In this document: one piece after another, positions 34,395 through 43,352 of the stretch
Layout: each line of letters starts with the position of its first letter
How positions within the stretch are numbered: the first letter of the stretch is position 1
Source of the DNA: Chloroflexota bacterium
GTDB lineage: Bacteria; Chloroflexota; Limnocylindria; P2-11E
NCBI GenBank assembly: GCA_005889275.1
Contig: VBFI01000040.1
Span: 22,334-86,333 of the forward strand
DNA length: 64,000 nucleotides
Direction of reading: 5' to 3'
Notes under the pieces: generated by a model
Told to the model about the DNA's origin: nothing
The model's input: only the letters and a program-made list of their open reading frames with translations
The model's database searches: none
Translations under genes and position numbers: made by a program

Positions 34395-36479
34395 GTGAGC
34401 GCGCCGATCAGTCCACCGGTCGTCAGGGACTACCGTCCTGAGTACATCGCGGCGTACCTCTCGAACGGGCTCATCGGGCTTCGCCTCGGGCGCATCCCGC
34501 TCATCGAGGGTCTCGCGATCGTGAACGGCCTTGCCGCCGTTCATCCGGCGGACGAGGTCGAGGGATTCTCGCAGGCCCCCTATCCGGTAGCAGGCGACAT
34601 CATCGTGAACGGGGTCAAGCTGAGCGAGCATCCGGAGCGCGGACGGTTCGTGGAACAGCGCTACGACTTCTCCGCCGGCGAGCTGACCGCGCGGTTCGCG
34701 TTCGAGCTCGAAGGCGTGCGCGCGGACGCCGAGCTTCTCGTGTTCTGCAGTCGCACCCAGCCGACCCTTGTGCTTCACGAGCTGCGCGTCAGCGTGAACG
34801 CCGACTGCTCGCTCGCGATCGTCGGCTCGATCGATCCGACCCGGATCCCCGGTCGCTGGCTCAAGCGCGAAACAGCGACGCCCGGCACGGCCAAGCCGTC
34901 GGTCGACGGCTCACTCCTGTGGGAGTCGTACGGCGCGCTCAGCAGCTGCGGCGCCGCGTACGTGACACGGTTCGAAGGCGGCGCGGACGTCACGAAGACC
35001 CGCGAGGAGCACAACGAGGTCGCGCCGCTGCGGACGACGTACAGCCTTCGCGCCCATGCGGGATCCACGCACGTGCTGCGGATGATCGCGTCGCTTGTCC
35101 CAAGCCAGAGCCACAGCGAGCCGAGCCGCCAGGCGACGCGCCTTGCCGCCATCGGCGCCAACCTCGGATTCGATCGGCTCCGTCAGGAGAATCGCGAGGC
35201 GTGGAACGACCTCTGGCGCGGTCGCATCAACCTCGTCGGTGCGGGGCACCGGTGGCAGTCGCTGGCGGATGCCGCCTTCTACTACCTGCACGCGTCCGCG
35301 CACTCTTCGTCTCTGTTCAGCACGTCGATGTTCGGTCTCGCCTACTGGCCGAACTACCACTACTACCGCGGCCAGGTCATGTGGGACATCGAGTCGTTCG
35401 TGTTTCCGCCAATGTTGCTCACAGATCCGCGAGCAGCCGACGCGCTTCTCCATTACCGCAGTGACCGGATCCACGCGGCGCGGCGGAACGCGGCCCTGAA
35501 CGGGTACCGCGGGCTGCAGTTCCCCTGGGCGAGCGGCCCGCGCCACGGCGAGGAGATGATCCGCGTTTCGGCGCCGCTCATCGCACTCGAGCAGCACATC
35601 GGGCTTTCGGTCGCGCTCGCGTTCGCCCGCTATGTCCATGCGAGCGGCGACCTGGACTTCCTCCGCGACCGCGCGTGGCCCATTCTGCAAGGCGTCGCGC
35701 AGTGGATCAGCTCACGCGTCGAGCGCACCGACCGCGGCTACGAGATCAAGCGGATCATCGGAATCGCCGAGCAGCGCGAGGAGCCGATCGACAACGCCGG
35801 GTACGTGAACATGGCGGCGAGGAAGGTCCTGCAGGAGGCGGCGGCTGCCGCGCGCCGACTGGGCCGCGGTGATCCCGAGAGCTGGGAGATGGTCGCCGAC
35901 CGCCTCTTCATCCCGTGGGCGAACGGCGTCATCCTGAACCACGACCGCTTCACACCTGAGGAGGGTGGCGTCACCGGCGCGACACCCGAAGTCCTCGCCG
36001 GACTTTTTCCGGTCGGGTATCGCACCACGCCGGAGATCGAGCGCGCGACGATCGAGTTCTATCTCGGACGGGTCGGTGAATTCGTGGGATACCCGATGCT
36101 CTCGGCGCTCCTCGGCGTGTACGCGGCGTGGCTCGGCGACCGAACGCGCTCGCGCGAGCTCTTCGAGCGGGGTTTCGCCGATTTCAGTCTCGAACCCTTC
36201 ACCGAGACCGACGAGTTCAGCCGCACGCGCTTTCCGGAGAAGCCTCGCGTCGGCCCGTTCCAGGCGAACATCGGAGGTTTCCTGAGCGCATGCCTCTACG
36301 GCCTGCCGGGCGTCGAGCTCGGTCCAGAGGACCCTTGCTCGTGGGCACGCCGTCCGGTGATCCTTCCGGAAGGCTGGGACGCGATCGAGGTGGAGCGCAT
36401 CTGGGTTCGCCACCGGCCGGCGTCGCTCCGCGCCGCCCACGGTGCCGAGCGGGCCGAGATCACCCTCTGGGACGACTAG
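34395..36479 (+). CDS. glycoside hydrolase family 65-like (maltose/trehalose/kojibiose phosphorylase fold) protein
   Basis: 694 aa. YRGQVMWDIESFVFP resembles the GH65 catalytic-region motif (GHVFWDTE). (alpha/alpha)6-barrel-like length. Confidence 0.6.
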   Translation: MSAPISPPVVRDYRPEYIAAYLSNGLIGLRLGRIPLIEGLAIVNGLAAVHPADEVEGFSQAPYPVAGDIIVNGVKLSEHPERGRFVEQRYDFSAGELTARFAFELEGVRADAELLVFCSRTQPTLVLHELRVSVNADCSLAIVGSIDPTRIPGRWLKRETATPGTAKPSVDGSLLWESYGALSSCGAAYVTRFEGGADVTKTREEHNEVAPLRTTYSLRAHAGSTHVLRMIASLVPSQSHSEPSRQATRLAAIGANLGFDRLRQENREAWNDLWRGRINLVGAGHRWQSLADAAFYYLHASAHSSSLFSTSMFGLAYWPNYHYYRGQVMWDIESFVFPPMLLTDPRAADALLHYRSDRIHAARRNAALNGYRGLQFPWASGPRHGEEMIRVSAPLIALEQHIGLSVALAFARYVHASGDLDFLRDRAWPILQGVAQWISSRVERTDRGYEIKRIIGIAEQREEPIDNAGYVNMAARKVLQEAAAAARRLGRGDPESWEMVADRLFIPWANGVILNHDRFTPEEGGVTGATPEVLAGLFPVGYRTTPEIERATIEFYLGRVGEFVGYPMLSALLGVYAAWLGDRTRSRELFERGFADFSLEPFTETDEFSRTRFPEKPRVGPFQANIGGFLSACLYGLPGVELGPEDPCSWARRPVILPEGWDAIEVERIWVRHRPASLRAAHGAERAEITLWDD

Positions 36480-36572
36480 TCTGGTCGGGTGAACGAGAAC
36501 GACCGCTACGTCATGCAGCGGATGAAGGGCTGACGCGGCAACTGAAGCCTCGGCTTCGAAGAGACCACGGGT

Positions 36573-36704
36573 ATGGTCTCCAACGTGCTCGAGATAGACC
36601 GCGGCGACCTCGTTAGGCGCCTGAAGTCGTTCAAGAAGAAGTACGCCGATGATGCCGAATTCAGGAAGCTTCGGGCCGGACTGCCGAAGGACTGGCCCTT
36701 CTAG
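36573..36704 (+). CDS. candidate 43-aa basic protein
   Basis: Manual translation MVSNVLEIDRGDLVRRLKSFKKKYADDAEFRKLRAGLPKDWPF; weak SD. Lower GC. Confidence 0.2.
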   Translation: MVSNVLEIDRGDLVRRLKSFKKKYADDAEFRKLRAGLPKDWPF

Positions 36705-36716
36705 GGGTCGGGTCGG

Positions 36717-37484
36717 CTAGACGCTCGCGGGGAGACGGACCTCGGGGTGGCGCAGCTGGATCTTCCCGCTCTTGCCGGTCCAGTACGCGTTCCGCTCGCC
36801 GGTCATCGCCTGCACGTGACCATCCCACTCGAAGTTGAAGGCCTCGAGGCCGAGGCGGACCGCGCGGCGGCACCGCTCCCGGGTCCCGTCGTCCGTCGCG
36901 TACCTACGGATGGCCTCGATCTGACGGTCGCCGTGCCCGGTGTCCTGTTCCGCGTGGAGCTCGTACGTCGCGGCGGCGCGGCGTGAGAAGCCGTAGTGGC
37001 CGGTGAGCTCCTTGTACACGCGCGCCGCGGCGCCGTCCGGACCGCCGTGCATCGCTTCGACGAATGAGAGGAGCGAGACCCCTTCAAGGGCTGAGCGGTT
37101 CTGGCAGCCGGAGCGGATCATCTCGATCGCGGCGAGCGTCCCCGGCGCGGGGTCCGCGGCGTCGGCCGCCTCCCGCGAGATCCCGGCTTCGTCGAGCATC
37201 TGCAACATGATGTCGACGTGGGTCTTCTCGCCGCCAAGCTCCTCCATGAAGTTCTCCATCACGATGTCCATGAGCGCGTAGTTCCGCTCGCTCGCGACAT
37301 TCGTGACGATGTAACCGAAGAAGATCGGATTCGTGCGCACGCGAAGGTAATGCTGGATCTCTCCGAGGACGATCTGCTCGCGCGTCCAGCGGTGCTCCAC
37401 GATCCCCTTGAACCAGGGGTGGTCTGGCATGAAGAGCTCTCGCGCCATCCGCCAGAGCTCGTCAATGAAAGCTTCGTTCGCCAC
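36717..37484 (-). CDS. TenA/PqqC-like heme-oxygenase-fold protein (iron-containing redox enzyme family)
   Basis: 255 aa all-helical. DHPWFKGIVEHRWTREQI...HYL pattern resembles PqqC/TenA_C. Confidence 0.4.
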   Translation of the reverse strand: MANEAFIDELWRMARELFMPDHPWFKGIVEHRWTREQIVLGEIQHYLRVRTNPIFFGYIVTNVASERNYALMDIVMENFMEELGGEKTHVDIMLQMLDEAGISREAADAADPAPGTLAAIEMIRSGCQNRSALEGVSLLSFVEAMHGGPDGAAARVYKELTGHYGFSRRAAATYELHAEQDTGHGDRQIEAIRRYATDDGTRERCRRAVRLGLEAFNFEWDGHVQAMTGERNAYWTGKSGKIQLRHPEVRLPASV

Positions 37485-37774
37485 CGCGGTCCACTGTACG
37501 CGCGGCGGGAGACGGGCTCTGCGTATCGCCGGCTACGCTCGCGACGCGGACGAACGAGCGGCGGCGAGCTTCTTTGTGCGAGGAAGAAGGACGCTTGAGT
37601 TTCCACATGGCCGACGCAGTGATCGACTACGCCGCGCACTCCGGAAATATCGGACGGGCACGTGAGCGTTCCCACTGACGGGAAGTTGATGTCTCTTGAG
37701 GTGCGTGATCGGCATGCTCCCCGATGGGACCTCTCTTGCGTGCTCATCGCTCTCGTGATAGAACGTCTGTTCAC

Positions 37775-38275
37775 ATGGAGACGCTTCGAGAATGCGGCAA
37801 ATGCGGTGTCCTGAAGCCGCTCTCGGAATTCGACTTTCGATTCAAGGAACGCGGCATTCGTCAATGGAATTGCAAGAGCTGCGCGTCCGCGTATAAGCGG
37901 GACTGGTACCTCCGCAATAGAGAACATCAGCTCGCTCGCGTGAAAGCCGGCCGCGAACGTCGTCGTACAGAAAACCGAATTCGGCTCTGGGAATACCTCG
38001 CCGGAAAGATGTGCGTCGACTGCGGCGAGAGGGATCCGCTCGTCTTGGAGTTCGACCATCTTCGCGACAAGCGCCGCGAGGTCTCAAAAATGATCCTCGA
38101 TGGCTTCGTCTGGAATGAAATCCTGGCTGAGATCCAGAAATGCGAGATCAGATGTGCGAACTGTCATCGGCGAAAGACGCTACTCGAGCGAGGCGCCTAC
38201 CTCCGCAAGTTGCGTGGGATAATCGATTTCACGAAGCCTCGCGTGTATCTGGCATGTGGACACGTTCGCTCGTGA
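37775..38275 (+). CDS. HNH endonuclease (low-GC, likely horizontally acquired)
   Basis: Starts at METLRECGKCGV... Two CxxC pairs plus EFDHLRDKRREVS...CANCHRRKT HNH core. GC by eye ~55% versus ~72% in flanks. Ends 2 nt before tRNA-Arg. Confidence 0.7.
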   Translation: METLRECGKCGVLKPLSEFDFRFKERGIRQWNCKSCASAYKRDWYLRNREHQLARVKAGRERRRTENRIRLWEYLAGKMCVDCGERDPLVLEFDHLRDKRREVSKMILDGFVWNEILAEIQKCEIRCANCHRRKTLLERGAYLRKLRGIIDFTKPRVYLACGHVRS

Positions 38276-38276
38276 T

Positions 38277-38349
38277 GGGCCGTTAGCTCAGTGGATAGAG
38301 CGCCCGCCTTCTAAGCGGGCGGTCGCGAGTTCAAATCTCGCACGGCCCA
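38277..38349 (+). tRNA. tRNA-Arg (anticodon TCT)
   Basis: Manual fold: acceptor GGGCCGT/ACGGCCC, D-arm GCTC-AGTGGATA-GAGC, anticodon stem CCCGC/GCGGG with loop CTTCTAA, T-arm GCGAG-TTCAAAT-CTCGC, discriminator A. CCA not encoded. Confidence 0.85.
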
Positions 38350-38865
38350 CTGTTCGCGATACAGGTCTCGGAGCGCTCCGATCTCGCCGCCGTGGTGGAG
38401 ATCGTGCTCGATCATCGCCCAGAAGATCCGCCAGGCCGGCCACTTCTCGCCCCAGTTCGTGAGGACTTCACGATCGAGCCTCGCGTCATCGAGATCCAGA
38501 AGGTCGTGTTGCAGCAGCGCGTGGCCCTGCTCGAGCTGCGCGATCGCATCCTTCGTCGTGTGCGCGGAGTTGATATCGGGGAACGTCAGCTTCGCCGGAC
38601 CGAATGCGTACTCGTGATACATGAGCTTGCACTCGGAGACGTGGACGAGACGCCAGGCGATCGTGGTGAACGGCGGCGGGTCGGGGTGCGGAAAGTCGGG
38701 ATAGTCGGCGGACCAGTGCCCGCGCGCGTCCTGCCGGACGGTCCAGCATCCGGCGACCGGCTCCCAGAAGAACTCATCGTCGGTGAGCCCTTCGACGCGG
38801 CCGCGGATGAACGCGTACGCCGCGTCGAGCTCGGCACCCAGCAGGTCGACCGCCCGTCGCCCCAC
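38311..38865 (-). CDS. DinB-family (DinB_2) metal-dependent protein
   Basis: 184 aa. His triad H..(HEYAF)..HDLHHGGEIG. Last 13 codons are read through the complement of the tRNA-Arg 3' half. Confidence 0.5.
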   Translation of the reverse strand: MGRRAVDLLGAELDAAYAFIRGRVEGLTDDEFFWEPVAGCWTVRQDARGHWSADYPDFPHPDPPPFTTIAWRLVHVSECKLMYHEYAFGPAKLTFPDINSAHTTKDAIAQLEQGHALLQHDLLDLDDARLDREVLTNWGEKWPAWRIFWAMIEHDLHHGGEIGALRDLYREQWAVRDLNSRPPA

Positions 38866-38899
38866 GGGCGGACGATAGCGCGGTGCTAGACCTGAACGC

Positions 38900-39550
38900 G
38901 TGCTGCGGATGCTCGACCACGTCGTCCAGGTCTACCGCGACCTCGACGCCGAGCTCGCACGGTCCGATTCGCCCTGGCGCGGCTTCAACGTCGTTGCCGG
39001 CGGCGTCCACGCCGACGGCGTGACGCACAACGCGCTGGTCATCGGATCCAACGGCACGTACATCGAGCTCGTCGGCTTCCGCGACCCGGAGCGCGGGAAG
39101 GACCACCGCTGGTGGAAGGTCGCGACCGAAGAGGGTGGACCCGCCGACTTCGCCCTGCTCTCCGACGACCTCGACGCCGACGTCGTCGCGCTCGGCGATC
39201 TCGTTACGCGCGGACCGGAGGCGGGTGGCCGCGTCCGGCCAGACGGCGTACGGATCGAATGGCGGACTGCCCTGCTCGCCGCACCGCTCCCCTTCCTCAT
39301 CCAGGACATCACGTCACGCGAGCTGCGCGTGCCCGGCGGTGGGGAGATACGGCATCCGAACGGCTTCATGGGGGTGCTCGGCGTGCTCGTCACGACCCCT
39401 GATGTGGCGGCGACGCAGGCACGCTTCGCGCGCCTTCGTGAGCGTGGCACCGTTCCGGTCGAGGTCCGCGGCGGTCCACAGAGCCGCCTGAGCTGGCGCC
39501 TTGCCTGGCGGGATCTATCGCGCCGAGTGGACCGGCCTTCCGAGAGCTGA
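38900..39550 (+). CDS. VOC/glyoxalase-like domain protein
   Basis: 216 aa. Tandem beta-alpha-beta-beta-beta-like halves; weak family call. Confidence 0.35.
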   Translation: MLRMLDHVVQVYRDLDAELARSDSPWRGFNVVAGGVHADGVTHNALVIGSNGTYIELVGFRDPERGKDHRWWKVATEEGGPADFALLSDDLDADVVALGDLVTRGPEAGGRVRPDGVRIEWRTALLAAPLPFLIQDITSRELRVPGGGEIRHPNGFMGVLGVLVTTPDVAATQARFARLRERGTVPVEVRGGPQSRLSWRLAWRDLSRRVDRPSES

Positions 39551-40933
39551 GAGCGACGCCTCGCGGAACGTCTCCGCGAGCGTGGGGTGCGCATGGATCG
39601 TCGCGGCGACATCCTCGACCGTCGCTTCGAGCCGCATCGCGAGCGTCGCCTCGGCGATCAGCTCGGAAGCCTGCGGCCCCACGATGTGCACGCCGACGAT
39701 GCGCTGATCCTTTCCCGCCGTGACGATCTTCGTCTGGCCCTCGGACTCGCCGAGCGCGAGGGCGCGCGCGCTCGCGCGGAAGTTGAAGCGCGCCACTTTC
39801 ACGTCGGCGCCGTACTTCTCCTTCGCCTGCGCCTCGGTCAGGCCGACCTGCGCGACCTCCGGGTGCGTATACACGACGTTCGGGACGACGTCGTAGTCCA
39901 TCACGGCATCCTCGCCGAGGATCGTATCGACGGCCACCTCCGCCTGCGTGAACGCCACGTGCGCGAGCTTGGGCGAACGCGGGTCACCGATGCAGTCCCC
40001 GATCGCCCAGACGCCGGGAACGTTCGTCCGCATCCGCTCGTCGACCGTGATCCCTAGGCGGTTCGTCGCGAGGCCGGCCTGCTCGACGCCGGAGAGATTC
40101 GCGACTCGCCCCGCACCGAGCAGCACCTGGTCGCCCTCGAAGGTTTCCTGTTTGCCATCGATCTCCGCGGTGACCGTGACGGCGGAGCCTTTTCGCTGCA
40201 CCTCGGTGACCTTCGCGCTCGTGCGCACCTTGATGCCACGCTGCTCGAGGGTGCGCACGAGGACGCGAACCACGTCGGCCTCGGCGTAGGCGATCGGCTG
40301 CGGGAGCATCTCGAGGATCGTGACCTCGCTGCCGATCTCCGCGAAGAACGTGCCGAGCTCGAGACCGATCGCGCCGGCACCGATCACCACCAGACGCTTC
40401 GGTGCCTCCGTCAGCGCGAGAGCGCCGACGTTGTCGAGGGGCTTGGCGTCGGCGAGTCCTTTTATCGGTGGAACTCCCACCTTCGAGCCCGTCGCGACGA
40501 TCACCGCCTTCGCCTCGACCGTCTCTGAGCCAGCGCGGATCTGCGTGGGCGAGACGAGGGTCCCCTCGGCCTTGATGAGATCGACCTTGCGTCCTTTCAG
40601 AAGCATCTCCGTTCCGGCGACGAGCTGCGCCACGATGCGATCTTTCCGCGCCACGGCCTTCGCGAGATCGAAGCGCGCGCCTTCGACATGGATCCCGTAG
40701 TCCTCACCATGCGTCGTGAGCCAATACGCATGGCTCGAATCCAGAAGTGTCTTCGACGGGATGCATCCCACCGTCACGCAGATCCCGCCGACTCGGTCGC
40801 GCTCGACGAGGGCGACCTTCGCGCCTTTCACACCCGCGTGGAGGGCCGCCACGTACCCGCCGGGCCCGCCGCCGAGGATCGCGATGTCGTACGTGGCCAC
40901 TAGATCAATCTCCGGCCATGCGGCCGGAGACAC
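39515..40933 (-). CDS. lpd: dihydrolipoyl dehydrogenase
   Basis: GGGPGGY FAD site, redox disulfide GGICVTVGCIPSK, NAD site GAGAIGLE, C-terminal HAHPTLAE. Start may be the GTG ~33 nt downstream of 40933. Confidence 0.8.
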   Translation of the reverse strand: MSPAAWPEIDLVATYDIAILGGGPGGYVAALHAGVKGAKVALVERDRVGGICVTVGCIPSKTLLDSSHAYWLTTHGEDYGIHVEGARFDLAKAVARKDRIVAQLVAGTEMLLKGRKVDLIKAEGTLVSPTQIRAGSETVEAKAVIVATGSKVGVPPIKGLADAKPLDNVGALALTEAPKRLVVIGAGAIGLELGTFFAEIGSEVTILEMLPQPIAYAEADVVRVLVRTLEQRGIKVRTSAKVTEVQRKGSAVTVTAEIDGKQETFEGDQVLLGAGRVANLSGVEQAGLATNRLGITVDERMRTNVPGVWAIGDCIGDPRSPKLAHVAFTQAEVAVDTILGEDAVMDYDVVPNVVYTHPEVAQVGLTEAQAKEKYGADVKVARFNFRASARALALGESEGQTKIVTAGKDQRIVGVHIVGPQASELIAEATLAMRLEATVEDVAATIHAHPTLAETFREASLSALGRPVHSAR

Positions 40934-40987
40934 GCCCAGAGCTGGCGGTCTCCCTCCTCGCGAGTAAATCGCTCGTCGCTCGTCTCC

Positions 40988-41239
40988 CTATGGAAAGAGC
41001 CTAGGGTCTTCGGACGCGTCACGCTCCAGCGGATGGTCGACGTATCCGTACCTCGCGCGATACCAGAGGTAGAGCGGCAGGAACGCGAGCCCGAGTCGTT
41101 CGTACTGGGCAACGTGCCGGAGCTCGTGACGCCAGACCGTGTTGCTTGGCTCCGTGGCCGACACGATCACGTGACCGAAGGTGATCGCGCCGAACCCGCG
41201 CCTGGTGAGCACCAGATGTGCGAGCCCCCGATCACTCAC
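40988..41239 (-). CDS. minimal HExxH protein (DUF4157-like zincin motif)
   Basis: 83 aa with WRHELRHVAQYERLG. Possibly a fragment. Confidence 0.3.
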   Translation of the reverse strand: MSDRGLAHLVLTRRGFGAITFGHVIVSATEPSNTVWRHELRHVAQYERLGLAFLPLYLWYRARYGYVDHPLERDASEDPRLFP

Positions 41240-41340
41240 GTAGAGGTAGCAGCCGTCGCGACGGCGCGGGACCGCTCCCGACAGGAGCCCAAACAGATGA
41301 CCGATCGGATCGGCGTGATGCGCGACGAGCCGGGAGAAGC

Positions 41341-41667
41341 TCAGGGGATCGCGGCGACGACGTCGTCGACCGCGGAGAGCACGCGTTCCGCGGTCGTGAC
41401 GTTGGGGTCGAACTGCAGGCTGATGAGCTTTTCGTGCCGGTCGATGTGGACGGAGGTCACGCCGGTGATCGCGCGGCAGCCCGCCTGGATCTGCTCGGCG
41501 CAGGTCTGGCAGAAGAGCTCGATGACGTTGACCGTGAGCAGGTCACCGCTCGCGGCGACCAGCTGTGGCGCCGGGATGTCCCGTGCGGCGGTTCGCGCGA
41601 CGGGTCCGCACGCGGCGACCGTGAGGAGGAACGCCACAAGCACGCAAAAGCCCGAGCGCACGATCAC
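41341..41667 (-). CDS. heavy-metal-associated (HMA) domain lipoprotein
   Basis: Signal peptide/lipobox LTVAAC. FCQTCAEQI...GVTSVHIDRHEKLISLQFDPNVTTAERVLSAV ferredoxin-like HMA fold with CxxC. Confidence 0.5.
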   Translation of the reverse strand: MIVRSGFCVLVAFLLTVAACGPVARTAARDIPAPQLVAASGDLLTVNVIELFCQTCAEQIQAGCRAITGVTSVHIDRHEKLISLQFDPNVTTAERVLSAVDDVVAAIP

Positions 41668-41714
41668 ATTGTGCGCCCGGGCTTCGTCCGTTCGGACGGT
41701 GTCTAGATCAGGCT

Positions 41715-41900
41715 CTAGCGATCGACGGGCTCGTCTTCATGAAGGGCGTCCTTCACGTTGCCGAGACCTTCCTTCAGCTTGCCCTTGCCCTGATCGACCT
41801 TGCCGCCGATCTCGGTCGACTTGTCGCCGCCGAGCTTGCCGGCCTCCTCCTTGACCTTGCCTTTGCCCTGGTCCCACTTGCCTTCGATCTTGTCGTCCAT
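41715..41900 (-). CDS. CsbD-family stress protein
   Basis: 61 aa MDDKIEGKWDQGKGKVKEEAGKLGGDKSTEIGGKVDQGKGKLKEGLGN. AGGAGG SD. The rest of ORF 41715..43088 is antisense shadow of the GNAT gene. Confidence 0.7.
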   Translation of the reverse strand: MDDKIEGKWDQGKGKVKEEAGKLGGDKSTEIGGKVDQGKGKLKEGLGNVKDALHEDEPVDR

Positions 41901-42062
41901 ATCTCTTTCGTTGCCTCCTTGGTCCCACAGGGAACCGGCGAAAAAGGGCCGCAAGACCGGTGCCACGATCGCCTGCCCGCCTGGTCGATGTCGCAGCAGT
42001 GACGGATGTGTGACGGACAGACATTTGACCGTTTCGGCCGTGTGCCTAATCTTGCGCGGCGC

Positions 42063-43076
42063 ATGATCGCTCTCGACACCGATCGGATCTCGGCGACCCT
42101 CCCAAAGGGCTACCGCGCACGGCCGTTCGCCGACGCGGACCGGGAGCCGCTCGTGGCCGAGCGGAACACGTGGCTCCATGAGATGGAGCGGCAGGACGCC
42201 GGCGAGTGGCGGATGTGGGAGCAGCTCGCTCCCGACAAGAGCCTGTACCGCATCGTCGTCGAAGATGGCGAGGGATGGATCGCCGGCTTCGCGAACCTGA
42301 GCGCCGGCGGGATGATGCGTCACCTGGATGGGGCGCAGAGCGGCAACGTGAACGTCGCGCGCGCCGCCCGCGGCAGAGGCATTGGCTCGGCGCTGCTCGC
42401 CGAGATCGAGGAGGAGGCGCGGCGCCGGAAAGCGCCACGCCTGCTCGGCTACGCGAACGCTGCGCATCCTGATTCCCTGGCGTGGGCCGACCGCCGCGGC
42501 TTCCGTGAGATCGGACGGCGGATCGAGTCCTACGTCGAGCTCGCGTCGTTCGATCCGGGCGCTTGGAGCGAAAAGCTGCGCGCGGTGAAGAGCTCGGGCA
42601 TCGCGTTCCGCACGTTCGCCGAGGCGATGGACGGACTCGACGACCTCGGCCGCGAATCGTTCTATCGCGCGGTCTTCGATGCGCAGGGTCCGATGTGGGA
42701 GGACATCCCTTTCGCCACGCCGACGGAGCCCTGGCCGTACGAGCGCTTCCGTCAGCTCGCCTTCGAAAGCGGACAGCTGATGCCCGACACTTCGGTGCTC
42801 GCCTACGACGGCGACACGATCGCCGGCTTCACCCAGACCGCGAAGCGGCAGGACAAGGACGCCTACACCTGGATGACCGGCACGGCTCGTTCGCACCGCG
42901 GGCGCGGCATCGCGACGGCGCTCAAGGTGGAGGCGCTGACGCGCGCGAAGCAAAGAGGCCTTCGCGCGATGCTGACGACGAACGACGAGCCGAACAAAGC
43001 GATGCGGGGCATCAACGCGCGTCTCGGCTACCAGATGCTCCCCGCGCACGTGCAGCTGGAGAAGAAGCTGGCCTGA
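42063..43076 (+). CDS. tandem-GNAT acetyltransferase (two GNAT folds, MshD/Eis-like architecture)
   Basis: Start at MIALDTDRI. First GNAT with RGRGIGSALL; second with RGRGIATALK. Confidence 0.6.
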   Translation: MIALDTDRISATLPKGYRARPFADADREPLVAERNTWLHEMERQDAGEWRMWEQLAPDKSLYRIVVEDGEGWIAGFANLSAGGMMRHLDGAQSGNVNVARAARGRGIGSALLAEIEEEARRRKAPRLLGYANAAHPDSLAWADRRGFREIGRRIESYVELASFDPGAWSEKLRAVKSSGIAFRTFAEAMDGLDDLGRESFYRAVFDAQGPMWEDIPFATPTEPWPYERFRQLAFESGQLMPDTSVLAYDGDTIAGFTQTAKRQDKDAYTWMTGTARSHRGRGIATALKVEALTRAKQRGLRAMLTTNDEPNKAMRGINARLGYQMLPAHVQLEKKLA

Positions 43077-43112
43077 CCCTTCTGGCACGGCGCTCGCGGT
43101 AGGCTCGCGGCG

Positions 43113-43304
43113 ATGGGTACCGGCGATCCAATCGGGTCATTCCTCGTCCTGGCGGGCACGATCTGTATCCTCGGCGCGAGCTACCTCGTCTGCTACACGT
43201 TCTTCATGGCGAACTGGGAAGGATGGGAGTCCTGGTCGGCGCGGACCGGGCTCGACCGCGAGCGAGCTGACCAGGAGCGTCTCCACAAGCTTCGGTCGAA
43301 ATAG
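43113..43304 (+). CDS. small membrane protein (63 aa)
   Basis: One TM helix, Trp-rich (WEGWESW) segment, then basic tail. Followed immediately by a strong hairpin. Confidence 0.35.
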   Translation: MGTGDPIGSFLVLAGTICILGASYLVCYTFFMANWEGWESWSARTGLDRERADQERLHKLRSK

Positions 43305-43336
43305 AAAGGAGGGAGGCATCCGCGCCTCCCTCCTTT
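43305..43336. terminator. bidirectional hairpin AAAGGAGGGAGGC-ATCCGC-GCCTCCCTCCTTT
   Basis: Perfect 13-bp stem between convergent genes (43113..43304 + and 43353..44921 -). Confidence 0.6.
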
Positions 43337-43352
43337 GGCGTCGCGACGAGTG

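Noticed and set aside
37500-38900. Integrated prophage/ICE at tRNA-Arg
   Set aside because: Only a single low-GC HNH endonuclease gene is present. No integrase, excisionase, att direct repeat or other phage genes are visible in the window, so only an HNH insertion/remnant is claimed.
41901-43088. Remainder of 457-aa minus-strand ORF 41715..43088
   Set aside because: Only the C-terminal 61 codons (CsbD, own SD and ATG) are protein-like. The rest is antisense to the tandem-GNAT gene.
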